From contig NC_068985.1 of the NCBI RefSeq assembly GCF_001194135.2, positions 121,471,551 through 121,535,550 on the forward strand: a DNA stretch of 64,000 nt, written 5' to 3'. The position numbers and the translations under genes were made by a program. The notes beneath the pieces were generated by a model. It searched no databases. It was not told where the DNA came from and saw only the letters and a list, made by a program, of their open reading frames with translations. Below, piece after piece: positions 9,927-23,199 of this stretch (positions are counted from its first letter, which is position 1; each line of letters starts with the position of its first letter). The stretch is from Octopus bimaculoides (taxonomy: Eukaryota).

Positions 9927-11659
9927 AGTTGTGGGTGAATTTTAGGGCCTATAAATCTAATGTTTTCCTATCCTTCCTTACTACCTGTTCCCATATGCTA
10001 TTCATATCTGCACTCGGTCTGCTTAGGAGGTTGTTGTGTCCTAGTATATGTGCTGTTTCTTTTAGTTTTCGTATTTTCCAGTGGTGTTCTCTGTCTATTA
10101 TTTTAACTTCATCCCACAGGGGGAGGTGGTCTCCATTTTTCCATACATGATCAGCTATATCCAATTCATCAATATCTCCTCATGTCACAGCTTTGTGATG
10201 TTCCTCTACCCTTATTTTGAGGAGCAGTAGGTTTCGCCTTAGTATACCTACTACAGCTGCATGGGATGGAGTACACGCAGTCTTTGGTCATATTCTCTTC
10301 TATTAGTGGTTTTACTCGAAGGAGATATTTGCGAAGTGTTGTATTACTTTTGAATACAGTCCTGATGTCATATGGGCCACATATCTTTTGTATCTTTTCG
10401 GAGAGGCCTTTCACATGGGGTAGGCAGACTGGTCAGTTTATTGGTTTCATCCTCTCTTCATAATTAGAGTGGATAGTATGTTTTTGAGGTAGTTGTTGCT
10501 TAATAGATTGTTACTTAGCTTGATCATTTCTTTGTGGTGTGTATCAGAATCACTACTTATATTCTTTGCTCGATGTTTTAGGCACTGAGCAATTCCTCTC
10601 TTTACACTGTATGGATGGTGGAAATTGAAGTTGAGGTATTGTCCAGTGAAGGTTGGCTTGTGGTATACGGATGTTCCAGATCTATACTTGGTGCGTGTTA
10701 TTAATACGTCCAGGAATGTCAGCTGATTGTCTTTTTCCTTTTCCATTGTGAACTGTATGGATGGCTTTATTGACTTCACATGATCTAACAGCACTTGGAC
10801 ATCTTCCTGGTGGGGCCAGAGTAAAAAGGTGTCATCAACATATCACAGCTATAGGGTTGGTTTTAGTGGTGTTGGTCCTAAAAGCTACAATATGTTGATG
10901 ATACCTTTATACTCTGGGGATCTGTAGCAAATTTCCAAGTCAGCAGGTATGAATTAAAGGAAGAGGAAAACAAAACCAATGTAGGACAAGCTTATCAGAT
11001 CATTTAAAATATTTTAATTAATGTAAAGGTGAATCGTAGTAAGGAAAAGTAAAAGTAAATTTTGCCTTACAGCTGTTTCTGGGATATCCCAGGTGATGGA
11101 TCAATATATTGATCAACATCTCCATACACTGGGTATTCCATCATCAGAGACAAAGTGTATATGCAGGAAAGTTCTAGACAGAAAATTTAATGTTGATAGA
11201 AGTATAAAGTTCATAGTTCATCTTGTTCTGGAAGGTAGCAGGGTTTGGCCATATTTCCATGAAGGTGTACCTCCTTATGTATAATCCCAGGTAAGTCCAG
11301 ACAGCAGGTTGAATGATGCATTCAGGTTGATAGAATAAATCTAGCAGTGTAATGTTATAGTGCTAAGTAACATTTCTTCCAGCTTTAAGTTCTGAGATGA
11401 AATTCTGCTGAGGTCGACTTTGGCTTTCATCCTTTTGGGATCAATAAGATAAATACCAGTTGAGCAATGGGGTTGATGTAATCAATTAGCCTTCTCCTCT
11501 AAAATTTAGGACCTTGTGCCTATAGTAGAGAGAAAGAAATAACCAAAAATACAGGTAAGGTGAAATAAATAAATGATACAGTAAAGTAGAATTTATTCAT
11601 TGCATTGTATTGATGATTGAAATTTGTGTGAGACTGACTAATTTCTCATTCTGTTAGTT

Positions 11660-11880
11660 CCATAAAAAGCATCCATGCTGAAGCCATGCAAAAAGCACTG
11701 GTGCTGGTGCCACATAAAAAGCAGCACGTACATTCAGTAAAGTGGTTGGCATCAGGAAGGGCATCCAGCCATCAAAACCATCCCAAAACAGACAACTGGA
11801 TCCCGGTGCAACTCTCCGGCTCATCAGCTTGTCAAACCATCCAACTCATGCCTGCATGAAAAACAGACATTAAATGATGA
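11660..11880 (+). mobile_element. Older RTE 3' tail copy
   Basis: ggttggcatcaggaagggcatccagcc..aaaccatccaactcatgc..taaatgatgatg, diverged from 1512-1735. Similar remnants at ~25085-25320(-), 34597-34642(-), 50705-50860(-), 55050-55215(+). Confidence 0.75.
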
Positions 11881-13059
11881 TGTCGAGTGAACTCAGCTCC
11901 CACAGATCAGTCTCCTCATCACTTTCCCATTCCCCACTATCTCTGCAACACAGCCTTCATTTTCAAGGCTTGTGTTCCCTTGTAACCCCTACACATTGTA
12001 AGTAGATAAATTATAGGGCCATTAGATTGTTGGATAGAATGCCTTGTTATTTTTGTTCCAACTCTGTGTGCTCTGAGTTCAAATCCTGCCATGGTCAACT
12101 TTGTCTTTCATCCATCGATGTCAGGTTGGCAGAGTCATTACAATGTTGGATAGAATGCCTTTGTTCTGACTCGCTGCACTCTACATCTCAATCTTATTGA
12201 GATCAACTTTGCCTTTCACCCTTTTGGGGAACTATAAAAGAAAGTACCAGCCCAGTGTGGTAGAATGGCAGAGTTGTTAGAGAGCTGGACTAGATGCCTT
12301 GTGGTATTTTTTCTAGCTTCCTTGCATTCTGAGTTTAAACCTTGCTCTGTCACCAAAAGTGAGTGACATTTCTGTCGGGAGTTGCAACAGACAGATAGCA
12401 TCAGCAATTTCAAAACAAAAAAAATGAGAACATAGCTTCCTTGGTTTGATCAGAAGATTGATTGCCATTGCCACCACCACCACCACCACCACCACCATCA
12501 CTACCACCACATATTATAAAAGAGGCAGACCTTGGTGAACATATGCAGCAGATTTCACATAGTAAGTCTTAAATTAGATGATATCAACATACTGTTTACA
12601 GTAAGGTATTGTGGATGCAGCACAAATGTATGGACTATATAATAAAACAAGAATGAAACATTTTTTTTGTGTGTACATATAATCTACTTATATAATTGGC
12701 TATGCGTCTCCTCTCATTCTGTCTTTCTGTTTGTCCATTCCACTAACTCACACATCAAAAGTAATTAGCTGCTAACATACTTTCACATGATATCTGAATT
12801 TAGTTGGAACACTGACAGGTCATTTATTCAGCTATGTATGAATTATATATAGTTATATACAGGGAGATTCAGAAGTCCCTTTAGATTTGAATTATGTATT
12901 TTTTAATAATTTTGTTTGGTATATAAATATATAATGAACTTATTGTATACAGTGTTGAGGTGCACTACAACTCATCAAAAAAAAAAGTAACCAAAACTGC
13001 ACAAACATACATAGAATATGCACAGGAAGTGAATAGTGAATAAATCTTTAAAAAAAAAT

Positions 13060-13225
13060 AGGGGTGTTTGGCCTCAGGAAGCATGGAAGTTTTGAAGGAT
13101 GTAGTGTCCTGGTGACTGACAACTGATGTGGGTAGTTTATTCCATGCTTCAGCAATTCTAAGCATGAAAAAATATTTCCAAAAGTCATGGGTGCTGAGTT
13201 GTTTATTTTTATTTTGGAAGCATGT
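13060..13225 (-). mobile_element. CR1/L2-clade LINE 3' end
   Basis: FFMLRIAEAWNKLPTSVVSHQDTTSFK matches the RVVxxWNxLP C-terminal motif. Confidence 0.7.
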
Positions 13226-13319
13226 CAATGAGTGTTAGACATATAGAATTACTTTTAATACTATCTGTGTTATTTTATTATAAATACCTTCTGATAAATA
13301 TTTTTTATATATATTTTAG

Positions 13320-14570
13320 AAAAATGTCATTGTCAAAAGTGGATAGAATATCTGTGACTGCTGAGGACATGCGTAAGCTTGCAAGGAATGAAGCCAGTAT
13401 GCTCCTCTGGATGTGTAATGTCAGTGTGAATACACGACAGAGTGTAAGCGCCCTGAGAGAAAAGTTGGATTTAAGAAGCATCAGATGTGGTGTGCAAGAG
13501 AGACGACTGCGCTGGATATAATCATGTGTTGCGAATGAATGAGGACAGCTGTGTGAAAAATGTCACACCCTAGCAGTTGAGGGAACCTGTGGAAGAGGTA
13601 GACCCAGGAAGACCTGGGATGAGGTGGTGAAGCACGACCTTCAAACACTGGGCCTTACTGAGGCAATGACTAGTGACTGAAACCTTTGGAGATATGCTGT
13701 GCGTGAGAAGACCCGACAAGCCAAGTGAGACCATAGCCCATGGCCTATGCCAGTGGTTATAACCAGCCCACTTATGAGTACCCCTCATTCACTGGACAAT
13801 AAACTTTGCTTGCAAAGACCTACTGAGGCAAGTGAAGTCAAAATCAAAATCAAAAGCATTGACGTGGCTGATGACAGTACCGCCTGATTGGCANNNNNNN
13901 NNNATAAACTTTGCTTGCAAAGACCTACTGAGGCAAGTGAAGTCAAAATCAAAATCAAAAGCATTGACGTGGCTGATGACAGTACCGCCTGATTGGCACT
14001 CGTGCCAGTAGAACGTTAAAAGCACATCCGAGCATGACTGTCGCCTTACAGTGTCGCCTTACCGGCACATGTGAATGGTGTTTATTACATGCCACCAGCA
14101 TGGGTGCCAGTCAGGTGGCACTGGCATTGGCCACAACTACAATTTCCATTTTGATTTTATTTTTTTGATTAATTTTACTTGACTCAATAGGTCTTCTCAA
14201 GCGCAGTGTATTGCCCAACGATTCAAGGGTACTTTTAAATAGGCTGGTTATGCGACACTGGTGACATGTAAAATACATCATCCGAACATGGCTAATGCCA
14301 GTCCACCCGTCTAAGTGGCTCCTGTGCCAGTGGCACATAAAAAGCACTATCCAAATGTGGTCAATGCCAGTGCCGCCTGACTGGTTCCCATGCCTGTAGC
14401 ATGTAAAAAGCACCTACTACACTCTCAGTGTAGTTGGCATTAGGAAGGACATCCAGCCATAGTAACCGTGCCAGCTCAGATTGGAGCCAGGTGCAGCCTA
14501 CTGGCTTGCCAGGCCCCAGTCAAACCATCCAACCTAGCATGGAAAACGAATGCTAAACTATGATGATGAT
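13320..14570 (+). mobile_element. RTE LINE 3' portion with repeat-containing 3' UTR and (GAT)n tail
   Basis: RNEASMLLWMCNVSV..LREKLDLRSIRCGVQERRLRW..GRGRPRKTWDEVV, followed by the same 3' UTR family, ending gatgatgatgat ~14577. Confidence 0.88.
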
Positions 14571-15104
14571 GATGATGGTATATATATATATATATGTATA
14601 TAATAATAACTATAATAGTACTTTATGATAATATATATACTCTGATTAAAGCAACATAATCTAAACAACTGATTGAAAAATGATGAGCGGAACATATTGG
14701 GATTGAACACACCTATCGATGCTTACATGGCTCCATGCATAACTGACAAACCCAAATCCTTCAGATTTGTTTATGAAAATTTATATATATATATTTTGCT
14801 TATGCATTGTGCGGCTAATAACCTGGTAGAACTCAATATACATATGTTTCAGAACAAAGTGTTAGCTGAGTATAGAGCGGTAATAAGAAAGAGAGATAAC
14901 AAAGGAATAAATGATTATCTTATGAACTTCATCAGCTTTCAACTGTTTCTGCTATAAGATGTAGTAAACTCATAGTTGAGTGCTTCATTGAAGTGTAATG
15001 TATTGGAGAATAACATCTCAATGAGAAAAGTCAATACAGATGTATATAAGAAAAGTGCATGTCCAAATATATACACACACACACAGATATGCACATGCAC
15101 ACAC

Positions 15105-15765
15105 ATCACATACAACATGCTTCTTCCAGTTTCCATCAACCAAATCCACTGACATAGCTTTGGATTTGGTTGGCCCAGGACCAGTAAAAAGACACTTGCA
15201 CAATGTATCATGCAATGGGATTGAACCCAAGCCCCCATGGTTAAGAAGTAAGCTCCTTAACCACACATTCATGACTATGCCTTCATCTTGTATACAAAAT
15301 CTCAGTGTAATGTCAATGGAGGAACCACAGCTTGCAACGTGTATCAAATTAGTCTACTACCTTAACCACTAGGCTACCAGTTTGTTGCTAGTATTTGTTT
15401 GTTTTTTTTCTGTTTGCTTTTTGATTTTGTTTTTTGTTTGTTTATTCTTTTAATGGTTTCAGTCATATGACTGCAACCATGCTGGAGCTCTGCCTTGTTT
15501 CTTTTATTCTTTTATTTGTTTCGACCTCAACGGAATTTGAACTCAGAACGTAGCGGCAGACGAAATACTGCCAAGCATTTTGCCCAGCATGCTAACTGTT
15601 CTGCCATCTCACTTCTTTCAGTTTCTATCTACCAAATCTACTCACAGGGCTTTGGTCAGTCCGAGGCAAAACTAGAAGACACTTACCCAGCTGCCGTGCA
15701 GTGGGACTGAACCCAGAACCAACTGGTTCAGAAGCAAGCTTCTTACCCCACAGCTACACCTTTGT
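15105..15765 (-). mobile_element. Two degenerate family-A SINE fragments with an embedded family-B remnant
   Basis: ttccagtttccatcaaccaaatccac (15120) and tttcagtttctatctaccaaatctactcac..gcagtgggactgaaccc (15615-15760). Confidence 0.7.
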
Positions 15766-15989
15766 TTATTTCCTTTTTCTGTCTTCATAATTTTATTCAT
15801 ACCAGCAAACATAAGATTTAATTTTTTTTTTTTTTCCCTTTTCGGTAGCAATTGTTTTTTTCAGCTGGATGTCCTTCATACCACTAACTTCTCAATTAAT
15901 GAAGGAGGAGTAGTAAAAATGTGTTTTTCTTAATCGGGTAGACTGGAGTAAGCAGAGCAATTTACCTTGTTTGTGAGTACTAAACATCA

Positions 15990-16220
15990 ACATCGTCAAC
16001 ATCATCATCATTAACAGCAACAGTATTATCATTATCATCATCGTTGTTGTCGCTATCATTATCATCTTCATTATCATCATCATCATTACTGTTGCCATCC
16101 TCCTCCTTCTTCTCTTCATCATTATCATCATCATTACCACCACCAGCACCAACACCATCATCATCACCACCACAACCGCCACCACTGCCACCACCACCAC
16201 CACCACCATCATCATCATTA
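15990..16220. repeat. Compound (CAT)n/(CAC)n trinucleotide microsatellite
   Basis: Read directly. Explains the low-complexity ORFs 15892-16218 and 16044-16406. Confidence 0.95.
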
Positions 16221-17984
16221 TTTTACATTAATTTTTTTTCCTCTTTGTATGGGCCAGAAAATTTGTCACTTATACACAATCCTTCAGGTTTGAACATAGC
16301 TCATTTCTTCCAAAAGAGAGACAGAGAAACAGACAAACAGAGAGAAAGACAAAGAGATAGACAGACAAGAAGAATCAACTCCAGTACAGAACTGGTAGTT
16401 TCTTGACCCTGAAAGAATGAAAAACAAAGTGACAGCAACAGGGTTGGAACTTGGAGAATAGAGAGCTGAAATGTATACTGCAAGGCATTTTAGCCAATGC
16501 TCCAATGACTCTACCAAGCTTTCAGTGGTTTATTATACCACCTCATAATGTCTATCTATGGCAAAATGAATTGGGGCAATTATGTAACCTAGTATATCAT
16601 AACACCAGTGAAAGAATACAGGTTTTAACTATTTAGTAGGCAGGCCAACATTTCAGTCAAACAGAGCAGCAATGCTGTAGTTTCCATTTTTTCATTAGCA
16701 AATAAAGGTTTTCAGAAACATAACTTTTGTAGATTCCAAGAACATTCTGTATATAAGCTAATCCTTTCTGAACCAGAAAGATCTCATAAAATTATTTTCA
16801 GCTGTAGTTTCCACAGCACATAGTTTTACTCAAATGAATAGAGTAGAATACTACCCATCACAAATAGCTTCTTCAGTAAAGAAATTAAAGTCAGCATTGA
16901 AAACCATTGAAATAGATACGAGCTCCACACACTCCCACTGTCTGTGACAGTAAATTAGAAAGCACTGGCCTATTTTGTCAGTGCTATGTGAGTTAAGTCA
17001 TTGTAAGCTTGAACACCATCTTAAGTCACAATGCAGAATTGGTTAGAGAATGTAAACTATCAGCATCTCAGGTGTTTGTCTGGTGTCCATTTGACTCAGA
17101 GATGTAGCGATCGACATATGAATGGAATAAATTTTAACCAGAGGTAGAAACATGCATGCTGTTGTTGGGCAGGCACTGAACAAACTTATTTCACAACAAA
17201 ACTATGTCAGAAAGAAAGCTGGTAGAACAATGTATTCAATTAATGTTTCTAGCCATATCCATTCCATGTTTATTATGGTACATACTACCCTAACATTCAA
17301 GTCTTAAAATATGTTGTATGAAAGCTTGTTGAAGTCAGTTTTGGTACTACACAACAACCATGTAGAACTTTCCTTGTTACCAATAAAAAGTTGTTAATTT
17401 TCTTTTCTTTTTTTTCTTTATCTTTTAATCAAGAGAGAAGGCAGTGCCGCTGATACTTTACAGGGTCCCTCAGATTAGTGGGAGTTCTCTTAAAAGTGGA
17501 GACTTAGCCTAAATGCTTGCAACAGAAATGATTCTGCTAAAGGTGATGTTGTTAAACTGGGAGATGGATTAAGTCTACCATTCAAGCAAACTATGGTGGA
17601 GTTTGAACTCAGCACACAAAGATCTAGAACAAATGCTGCAAGGCATCCAGTCCAATGTTTTTACAGTTTCACCATTTCACAGACCCTGCATTGGTACCAT
17701 TTTTTTTTATCAACCCCCAAAAATATGAAAGCTAAGTTGACCACAGCATGACCTGAAATTAAAGCACAGAGTGATGGAACAAATACAATCAAATTGTTAT
17801 TGCTGTTAATATCTTTATATTTTAAAACAGCAAGATGTGATCTGAGAGAGAAAGATAAAGAGAGAGATGTGGCTGCTATTTCTAGTAGTTCAAGCACCTA
17901 CATGACAGCCCGCTCTTATCAATGGTTTTGGAGATAGCGATGATAACGGTGGCTTTGGTGGTGTTTCTGTTGTTGCTGCTACTC

Positions 17985-18388
17985 TTTTACTCTTTTACTT
18001 GTTTCAGTCATTTGACTGCGGCCATGCTGGAGCACCGCCTTTAGTCGAGGAAATCGACCCCAGGACTTATTCTTATGTAAGCCTAGTACTTATTCTATCG
18101 GTCTCTTTTTGCCGAACCGCTAAGTTAAGGGGACGTAAACACATCAGCATCGGTTGTCAAGCGATGGTGGGGGGACAAATACAGACACACAAACACACAC
18201 ATATATATATATATATACATATATACGACAGGCTTCTTTCAGTTTCCGTCTACCAAATCCACTCACAAGGCTTTGGTTGGCCCGAGGCTATAGTAGAAGA
18301 CACTTGCCCAAAGTGTCACGCAGTGGGACTGAACCCGGAACCATGTGGCTGGTAAGCAAGCTACTTACCACACAGCTACTCCTGCGCC
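17985..18388 (-). mobile_element. Full-length family-A SINE (young)
   Basis: Reverse complement of 19165-19545. tRNA-like head, CORE-like gcaccttgggcaagtgtctt box, internal (AT/GT)n, tail gtcaaatgactgaaac. Confidence 0.9.
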
Positions 18389-19164
18389 TATGTTTTTTTC
18401 ACCCTTTTTTCTTGTTACTTCATAGCTGTTACTGGTACTTTAACATTTTCAATTAGGTTTTAACTTTGAACGAGGTGACTAACTAAGAGTTTCACTATTT
18501 GCAATCAATAAGTAATTATCGATAAAAAAAAAACTAGTTTTTTTTATTTACTTGTTTATTTATTTATCTATTTATTTATTTCCAGAGAAATGTCACCTGC
18601 TCTCTTTTCATATCTCTACAGCACTAACACCACACACACACATACATATGCATGAACACATGTGTTCAGCTAAAAAAAAAAAGAGGGTATGTTATATAGA
18701 TTTAAAAAAAATTTTTTTTTTTTAATTTTAAAAAAAATTTGTTAAAGAAAATATCAATGGTTTACAGAAAGGCTGACTTTATTTTACAGTTGTTACAGCA
18801 AAAAGGACAGAGTATGTAAATACAAATCAGTTATAATGAATCCGTTTCAGCAAATCACAAAGAGAAATCTTTTGTTTATTTATTTATTTATTTATTTATT
18901 TATTTGGACTATCGCTATATTGGAACACCACTGTCAATCATATCAACCCTGGAACTGAAGTTCAGTGCTCACTTTAATTGATCTCTGATTATCAAATGGT
19001 TGAGTTAACTTATTTCAAGTGAGTTACTTCCCTTATAATTAATATGTGTAAGTGAATGCATATGTAAGTGTTCTAAATGTGTGTCCTAGTAGTATTGAGG
19101 AGGGGGTGCAACAAATGATATTTAGCTGAAAATAAAAAGATAGTTTTCTCAATACTTTAACATA

Positions 19165-19545
19165 GGCGCAGGAATGGCTGTGTGGTAAGTAGCTTGCTTA
19201 CCAACCACATGGTTCCGGGTTCATTCCCACTGCGTGGCACCTTGGGCAAGGGTCTTCTATTATAGCCTTGGGCCGACCAAAGCCTTGTGAGTGGATTTGG
19301 TAGACGGAAACTGAAAGAAGCCCGTCGTATGTATGTATATATGTGTGTGTGTGTGTTTGTCCCCACCAACATCGCTTGACAACCGATGCTGGTGTGTTTA
19401 CGTCCCTGTAACTTAGCGGTTCGGCAAAAAAGACCGATAGAATAGGTACTGGGTTTCGATAGAATAAGTCCTGGGGTCGATTTGCTCGACTAAAGGTGGT
19501 GCTCCAGCATGGCCGCAGTCAAATGACTGAAACAAATAAAAAGAG
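19165..19545 (+). mobile_element. Full-length family-A SINE (young)
   Basis: ggcgcaggaatggctgtgtggtaag..ggttccgggttcattcccactgcgtggcaccttgggcaag..ccagcatggccgcagtcaaatgactgaaac. Confidence 0.9.
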
Positions 19546-19619
19546 TAATAGTTCTACACCAGTATAGACACTCACACACACACACACATGCAAACACACA
19601 CACACATATATATTCTTTT

Positions 19620-20007
19620 CTTCTTTTCTTTGTTTCAATCATTTGACAGTGGCCATGCTGGAGTACCGCCTTTAGTCAAACAAATCAACCCCAGGGTTTA
19701 TTCTTTGTAAGCCTAGAATTTATTCTATCAATCACTTTTGCCAAACTGCTAGGTTACGGGGACGTAAACACACCAACGTTGGTTGTCAAGCGATGGTGGA
19801 GGGGACAAACACAGACACACAAACACATACATACATACATACATATATATATATGTATATAATAGGCTTCTTTCAGTTTTTGGTTACTAAATCCACTCAC
19901 AAGGCTTTGGTTGGCCCGAGGCTATAGTAGAAGACATTTGCCCACAATGGCATGCAGTGGGACTGAACCCAGATCCATGTGGTTGGTAAGCAAGCTACTT
20001 ACCACAT
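19620..20007 (-). mobile_element. Family-A SINE, inverted relative to 19165-19545
   Basis: Same family in reverse orientation, ~80 bp from the previous copy. Confidence 0.88.
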
Positions 20008-20031
20008 ACTCACAAATATATATGTATATAC

Positions 20032-20074
<43 letters not shown>

Positions 20075-20659
20075 AGTGCAAATGATAAAATTTAATGGGA
20101 AACATTACAAAAATAATAAAAATTAAGCTCTCATCAGCTGTCTCACTAAACATCAGAATAGTTTCAATGCTTCTGATAAAACTGCATACCTTAAGAGCAT
20201 CAACAACCATTGGACACAGTGGTTAGGCAATATATACAAAAAGGGCAATACATATAAACTGGAAAAACATATGGTCAAGCCTTAATGGCAGGAATGGATC
20301 AAAACAATGGCAAGTAAAAGACACATGTTTAAGACTAGTGATCAGGACAAAAATCATGAAAATTATAGGATAACTTATGGCAAAATTAAATAAAACATGT
20401 TTCTTATGATAAAAATAAAATGTTAGTCAGGATAACAATGAAGCAAAACAATGCAAAACAATAGTACAGACACACAATGTAAAAGAAAGAAAATACCCTA
20501 TAAGTGCTTGATGAAGTCTTTGAGCAAATAATAGAGAAGGAAAAGGATGTGTACTCACTAGACAAGCTGAAAGATGACAGAGAAATCAATGGCCAGCATG
20601 GAAGCAAAAAGTTGTTCTATTGTTTTGTGTTGTTTTGTTTTATTTATTTTTATTGTAAT

Positions 20660-21080
20660 CAATCAATTTGTAATCTTAGGTCACAACCATGGGAAGATAA
20701 CTGCCCTGATGAAATAACTTTTTTTCATATGAAAGAGGCAAATCCCTAGTCTGGGACATGACATGTGACACATTTTCCAGTGGCAACCTTGCTGCATCAG
20801 GCACAAACCCAGGTATTGCCACCCATACAATACAGAAGAGAAAGACAGACAAATACAGGAAGGAGCCTGACCAGATGCTATCTGTTTGTACCGGTTGCCC
20901 TTTGTGTTGGTTGCCATCAAAATCTCTGGTGTTTTTCGACCCTGCACTGCTGATTTCCTCTTCAAAATTGAAATAGCTGTGGCCTGTTTGAGAAATGAGA
21001 CCCACAAGTTTAGGTGGGTGTTGCAGCGAGTGCCACTGGCCATTCTCTGTAGCAGCACCTTTGCAATTATGTCTACAATA
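20660..21080 (+). mobile_element. CRE-like non-LTR retrotransposon, RLE endonuclease remnant
   Basis: Across frameshifts: PD..KRGKSLVWDMTCDTF..AASGTNPGIA..KRKTDKY..YLFVPVAL..LQRVPLAI..STFAIM, resembling the PDG..PW..G..LxWDxT...KxxKY...FxPxAxET RLE pattern. Confidence 0.6.
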
Positions 21081-22554
21081 ACATGCTTTTTGGTCTGTGG
21101 TTTACAATCTGTTATTCCCTTTTCCCTGTTTTTGCTGCTTAAATCCCCCATGCCCCACTTTTTTTTCTTATTGTCTGTTTCCTTGGTGAGGTAGTTCCGG
21201 GTGTTTTTTCCTTGGTAATTTGATCTTTTATATTTTTTATGTTTTTTTCTTTCTTTTCTTCTTGTGAAAAAAATGTTGATAAATTTAACTCTATTAATTT
21301 GCTTTATGATAAATTCAGCACTGGAATAAAACTGTGGTGCCCCCTTGCCTTGGTGCCCTAAGTGCATTCTTAATTGGTTTAATGATTAATCTGGTTCTGC
21401 CCTTTCTCTAAATATTTGTATCCTGTGCTCATGTAAATGTTGAGAGTAAAGCCCTGGTAGGATGATCTAGCTATGAGGTGGGAAGCTACAGGCTGATGCA
21501 TATGCACACAAAGTTTTTTATTCAAAACATGCTTGGCTGGATGTGATTGGGGAAGATCTCCAGAGGCTCGACATTGCCATGGAGGATGCTGTGGAATTGG
21601 TACAGGACCACTAGCAATAGAGACCACTGGTGAACCTGGTCAGCTCTATGCATGATGATGTCTCTGGGACCACTAATCTTGGATGACCCCAGCCCCATCA
21701 ATCAAGAGCCTGAAGCAAGCAAACAAGCTAATGCAAAAAACTTCTACTATTCTTATCAAAGGTAACAAGATGATGGAATTTGTAGAGGTAGAACAAAAAT
21801 GTGTTGCAGAATTTAATTGTCTATGATATTCTGTGCAGACATAGATGTGTGATGAAGAAACTGAATTTGAAATTACATGGCTTCAGATTCAGTCCTGCAG
21901 CAGCACAATACCTTGGACTTGTACCATTACTCAGATCAAGTAAATTTTTATTAATGAAATTCATTAGATGGAAACTTTGTAGAAAAACTTGAAGTTGACC
22001 TTTTCTGTTCTGAGTAGTAAACTTAACAGGTCGCCTTGTTTAACACCACCACTTGGCTCTTGAGTGTTTTTAGTAGTGTTCATTCTGGTGCATGCATATA
22101 AACCAGCGCTCTGGTTTAACGATAATTTTCCCCCTTTCTGTACCCCCTCCAATGGTGAAGGACCTGAAAAAGGGTTAGGGATAATGTCCCTGCTTCAATA
22201 AAGATATACGAAAAGGACATTTTAATGTTAAAATCCTTTTGGAATCAATGCTCATAAGCTTTCCTCTTCATATCATTGATAAATTACATGTAAGTAATTT
22301 ACTAGTGTCAGTAAAAGTCAACTGTACTTTATCCTTCCTCTTTCCATAATAATATTGCTATATGTGGTTATTTGGTCTGTCTTTACATTCTGAGTTCAAA
22401 TTCCACTGAGGTCGACTTTGCTTTCATCCTTTCAGGGTCAATAAATTAAGTACCAGTTGCGTACGGGGGTTGATTTAATCAACTGGCTCCCTCCCACCAA
22501 AAAATTTCGGGCCTTGTGCCAAAAAAAAAAGAATATTGCTGTGTGTGTACATAT

Positions 22555-22742
22555 AAGCAGACAAACAAATAGACAGACAGACAACAGACAAGCAAGCAGG
22601 CAGATAGACAGACAGACAAACAGGCAGACAGGCAGGCAGGCAAGCAGGCAGACAGACAGATAGATTGATAGATAGACACACACATGAACACACACACACA
22701 AACATACAGAAACACAGACAGATGGACAAACAGGTAGACAGA
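22555..22742. repeat. (AGAC/AGGC)n and (AC)n microsatellite
   Basis: Read directly. Confidence 0.9.
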
Positions 22743-23199
22743 TGAAGAGAACTGGCTTTAAATGTGAAATAAATTGGGTTATAGGAAAACTTGACAAATA
22801 TAGATTTATTTTGTCTTGATATTAATGTCCTTTGTATTTTTTCTTTTCAGAATATCTTCCATGGTAACAGACTCTTTGCCTTATGCTGTTAGATGCTATA
22901 ATGGCCAAACATGTATACATAACTCACCTGGTTTGCTATATTGAGGTATACAAATGTATAATCACCTTGTGATAAAATATATAAACTGTAAAAAATATAT
23001 AAACTCAGTAAAAATATTTAAAAAAAACAATCTGAAAATATAAAACCATGTGAAAATATTAAAAAAACTATGTAAATATAAAAAAGCGTGAAAATATACA
23101 CCCCCGTGAAAATATTTTTTTTTAAATGTGAAAATATATGGTCTATATATACTTACACATAAACACACACACACACACACACACACACGTACATATATA

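Larger units (their letters stand above)
9688..10880 (-). mobile_element. Penelope-like retroelement, 5'-truncated (RT thumb, GIY-YIG remnant, pseudo-LTR)
   Basis: Minus-strand YVDDTFLLW, LDHVKSIKPSIQFTMEKEKDNQLTFLDVLI..VYHKPTFTGQYLNF..HHP, VYSIPCSC, IADHVW..DREHHWKIRKLKE. Multiple frameshifts. A small inverted YVDDTFILW piece lies at ~10885-10920. Confidence 0.92.

Noticed and set aside
13795-14005. Direct duplications flanking gaps (also 3369-3438 and 55490-56390)
   Set aside because: Near-identical sequence on both sides of an N spacer is the signature of unmerged contig overlap, not a biological tandem repeat.
14735-14785. Minus-strand FINKSEGFGFVSY, resembling an RRM RNP1 motif
   Set aside because: In-frame stop immediately upstream, no suitable acceptor, and no rest of an RRM nearby.
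15892-16406. Low-complexity ORFs (poly-M/V, poly-S/P, YI, CV, SL, RE repeats) here and elsewhere
   Set aside because: Translations of microsatellites.
21964-22163. Minus-strand open frame after a good acceptor (PSPLEGVQKGGKLSL..)
   Set aside because: No canonical donor, no recognisable homology, and its phase does not fit neighbouring candidate exons.
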